Both the position numbers and the translations under genes were made by a program. The notes under the pieces were generated by a model, which saw only the letters and a list, made by a program, of their open reading frames with translations, had not been told where the DNA came from and did no database searches. 64,000 nucleotides of DNA from Camelus dromedarius (taxonomy: Eukaryota): contig NC_087436.1 of assembly GCF_036321535.1 (NCBI RefSeq), positions 4,154,001 through 4,218,000 on the forward strand, read 5' to 3'. Below, piece after piece: positions 62,565 to 64,000 of this stretch. The first letter of the stretch is position 1; each line of letters begins with the position of its first letter.

Positions 62565-64000
62565 CGCTCCCCTGAAGCTAACACACAGTCCCACTTACAG
62601 TCAGACACGCTGTTTTCTGTCCTTTCCTTTGCCTGATGACTTCAGGTTTCAAAGGTTTCTCCTCTTTGTCTCACTCAATTGAAAGCTCTTTAAGGGCACA
62701 AACTGCCATTTTTCTTGTGTATATAAAATACTCAATAAATGTCAAATGAATTTGTTCCATTCCTACTCTTAGCTGCCACACAGCTAATGCACTCTTCCTG
62801 TCCACTCAATAAAATGTGTGAATAATTCTGATTTGATATTTAAATTAAGGTAGAGTCATGACTCTCATTTTTTATACTTAATGTCTTTTGCTCATATTTT
62901 ATTCTGTTTCAGAGGGAAAAAAAGAGCCACTTTGTGGGGAAAATTATTACTGTGGAAATATCCAAATGTTAAACAACTGTATTACTTAACTTTCTGATGT
63001 ATATTGTTGTTTACCAAAAAGTAACCATTTCCTCATAAGTCATTGTGATAAAACAAAAACAAAAACAAAAACAAAAACAAAAGCCTTCTCTCATGACTGT
63101 GAGAAGGGAAAATCTAGCTTCCAGGCAGGTGATATGAATTTGATTAACAGAAGGAATCATACATATTTTATGTCTGTAAAATGTAAAATATGAAAAGTAA
63201 TTCAAAAGATAAAATACAAAAAAAAATCGGAAGTTTTAAACATCAGTCAGTATTATAAATGCATATTCCTGTAAGAGTTTCTGGGCATAGATGTCTACAA
63301 AGATATCCAAGTGACTAAACTGTCTGTGTATTCTAGGCACATAGTGTTTGGATATTTGAAGCCAAAAGTAGCTATTTACCCAACAATCCACTGTAGGAGT
63401 GGTTTTCTTCATACAAAAATTGGATCCTATCATTCTCCCACTTACTTTCTCAAGGTCTTCCCACAAAATATATAATATTCTACTTGTCTGGAATCTGAAA
63501 TCATTTCCTGGCACTCTACACCTCACTCTTCCTACTCCAGTTTGTAGTTTTCCAAACATGCTCTGCTGGCAGATTTTCTTTTCTTTCACTTCCTGTTACA
63601 TCTCCCCTACCTTTTTTCCCTCAGAAACAAGTAAATCTTATCTCAGAGTTCCCTCCCCCATGATTTTGACATTTCCAGACACCCAGGTTTTGCCTATCTT
63701 GTATGTCCATTGTACTTCCTAACAAAATGGGCATTAAATTTAATACTCACATTTTCATTGTTTGCTTGTATGCCTTTTTAACATATTCAAAAAAGCCCCA
63801 AAAAACTGAGCTCCTGCTTTGAGCACTGGAATTAAAATAATTAACAGAACAGATACAGCTTCTGATCTCTGCAAGCTTACAGACGGTTGGGAAAGATGGA
63901 CATTACGTAGAAGTAACAGTAAAATGCATGATTGAGTATTAAAGGCTTTACCAGAATGCACTGCAGTTGTCATGCCAAGTACAGGCATCAGAGAAGGCCT

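Overview
Mammalian (non-microbial) genomic DNA, most likely a camelid, judged from a tRNA-Ala-derived SINE and from L1 3' ends of camelid type. There is no intact protein-coding gene, and almost all ORFs in the track are spurious. The window appears to be a mosaic. (1) 1-25.6 kb is an intron-containing, heavily disabled duplicate of ANO6/TMEM16F on the + strand: six full exons matching human exons ~12-17, with frameshifts and stops, plus the first 22 nt of the next exon. (2) 25.6-29.8 kb is an array of ~16.5 diverged ~248-bp satellite monomers. It starts inside that ANO6 exon at a 5-bp microhomology and ends in a ~90-bp inverted satellite piece. (3) 29.8-54.5 kb is GC-richer, repeat-laden non-coding DNA with no further ANO6 exons. 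(4) 54.5-64 kb is AT-rich and holds a twin-primed L1 and some unidentified candidate exons. The overall picture is a satellite-adjacent (pericentromeric-type) segmental-duplication junction. Repeat family names and ANO6 exon numbers come from recalled consensus and reference sequences, not from a search.
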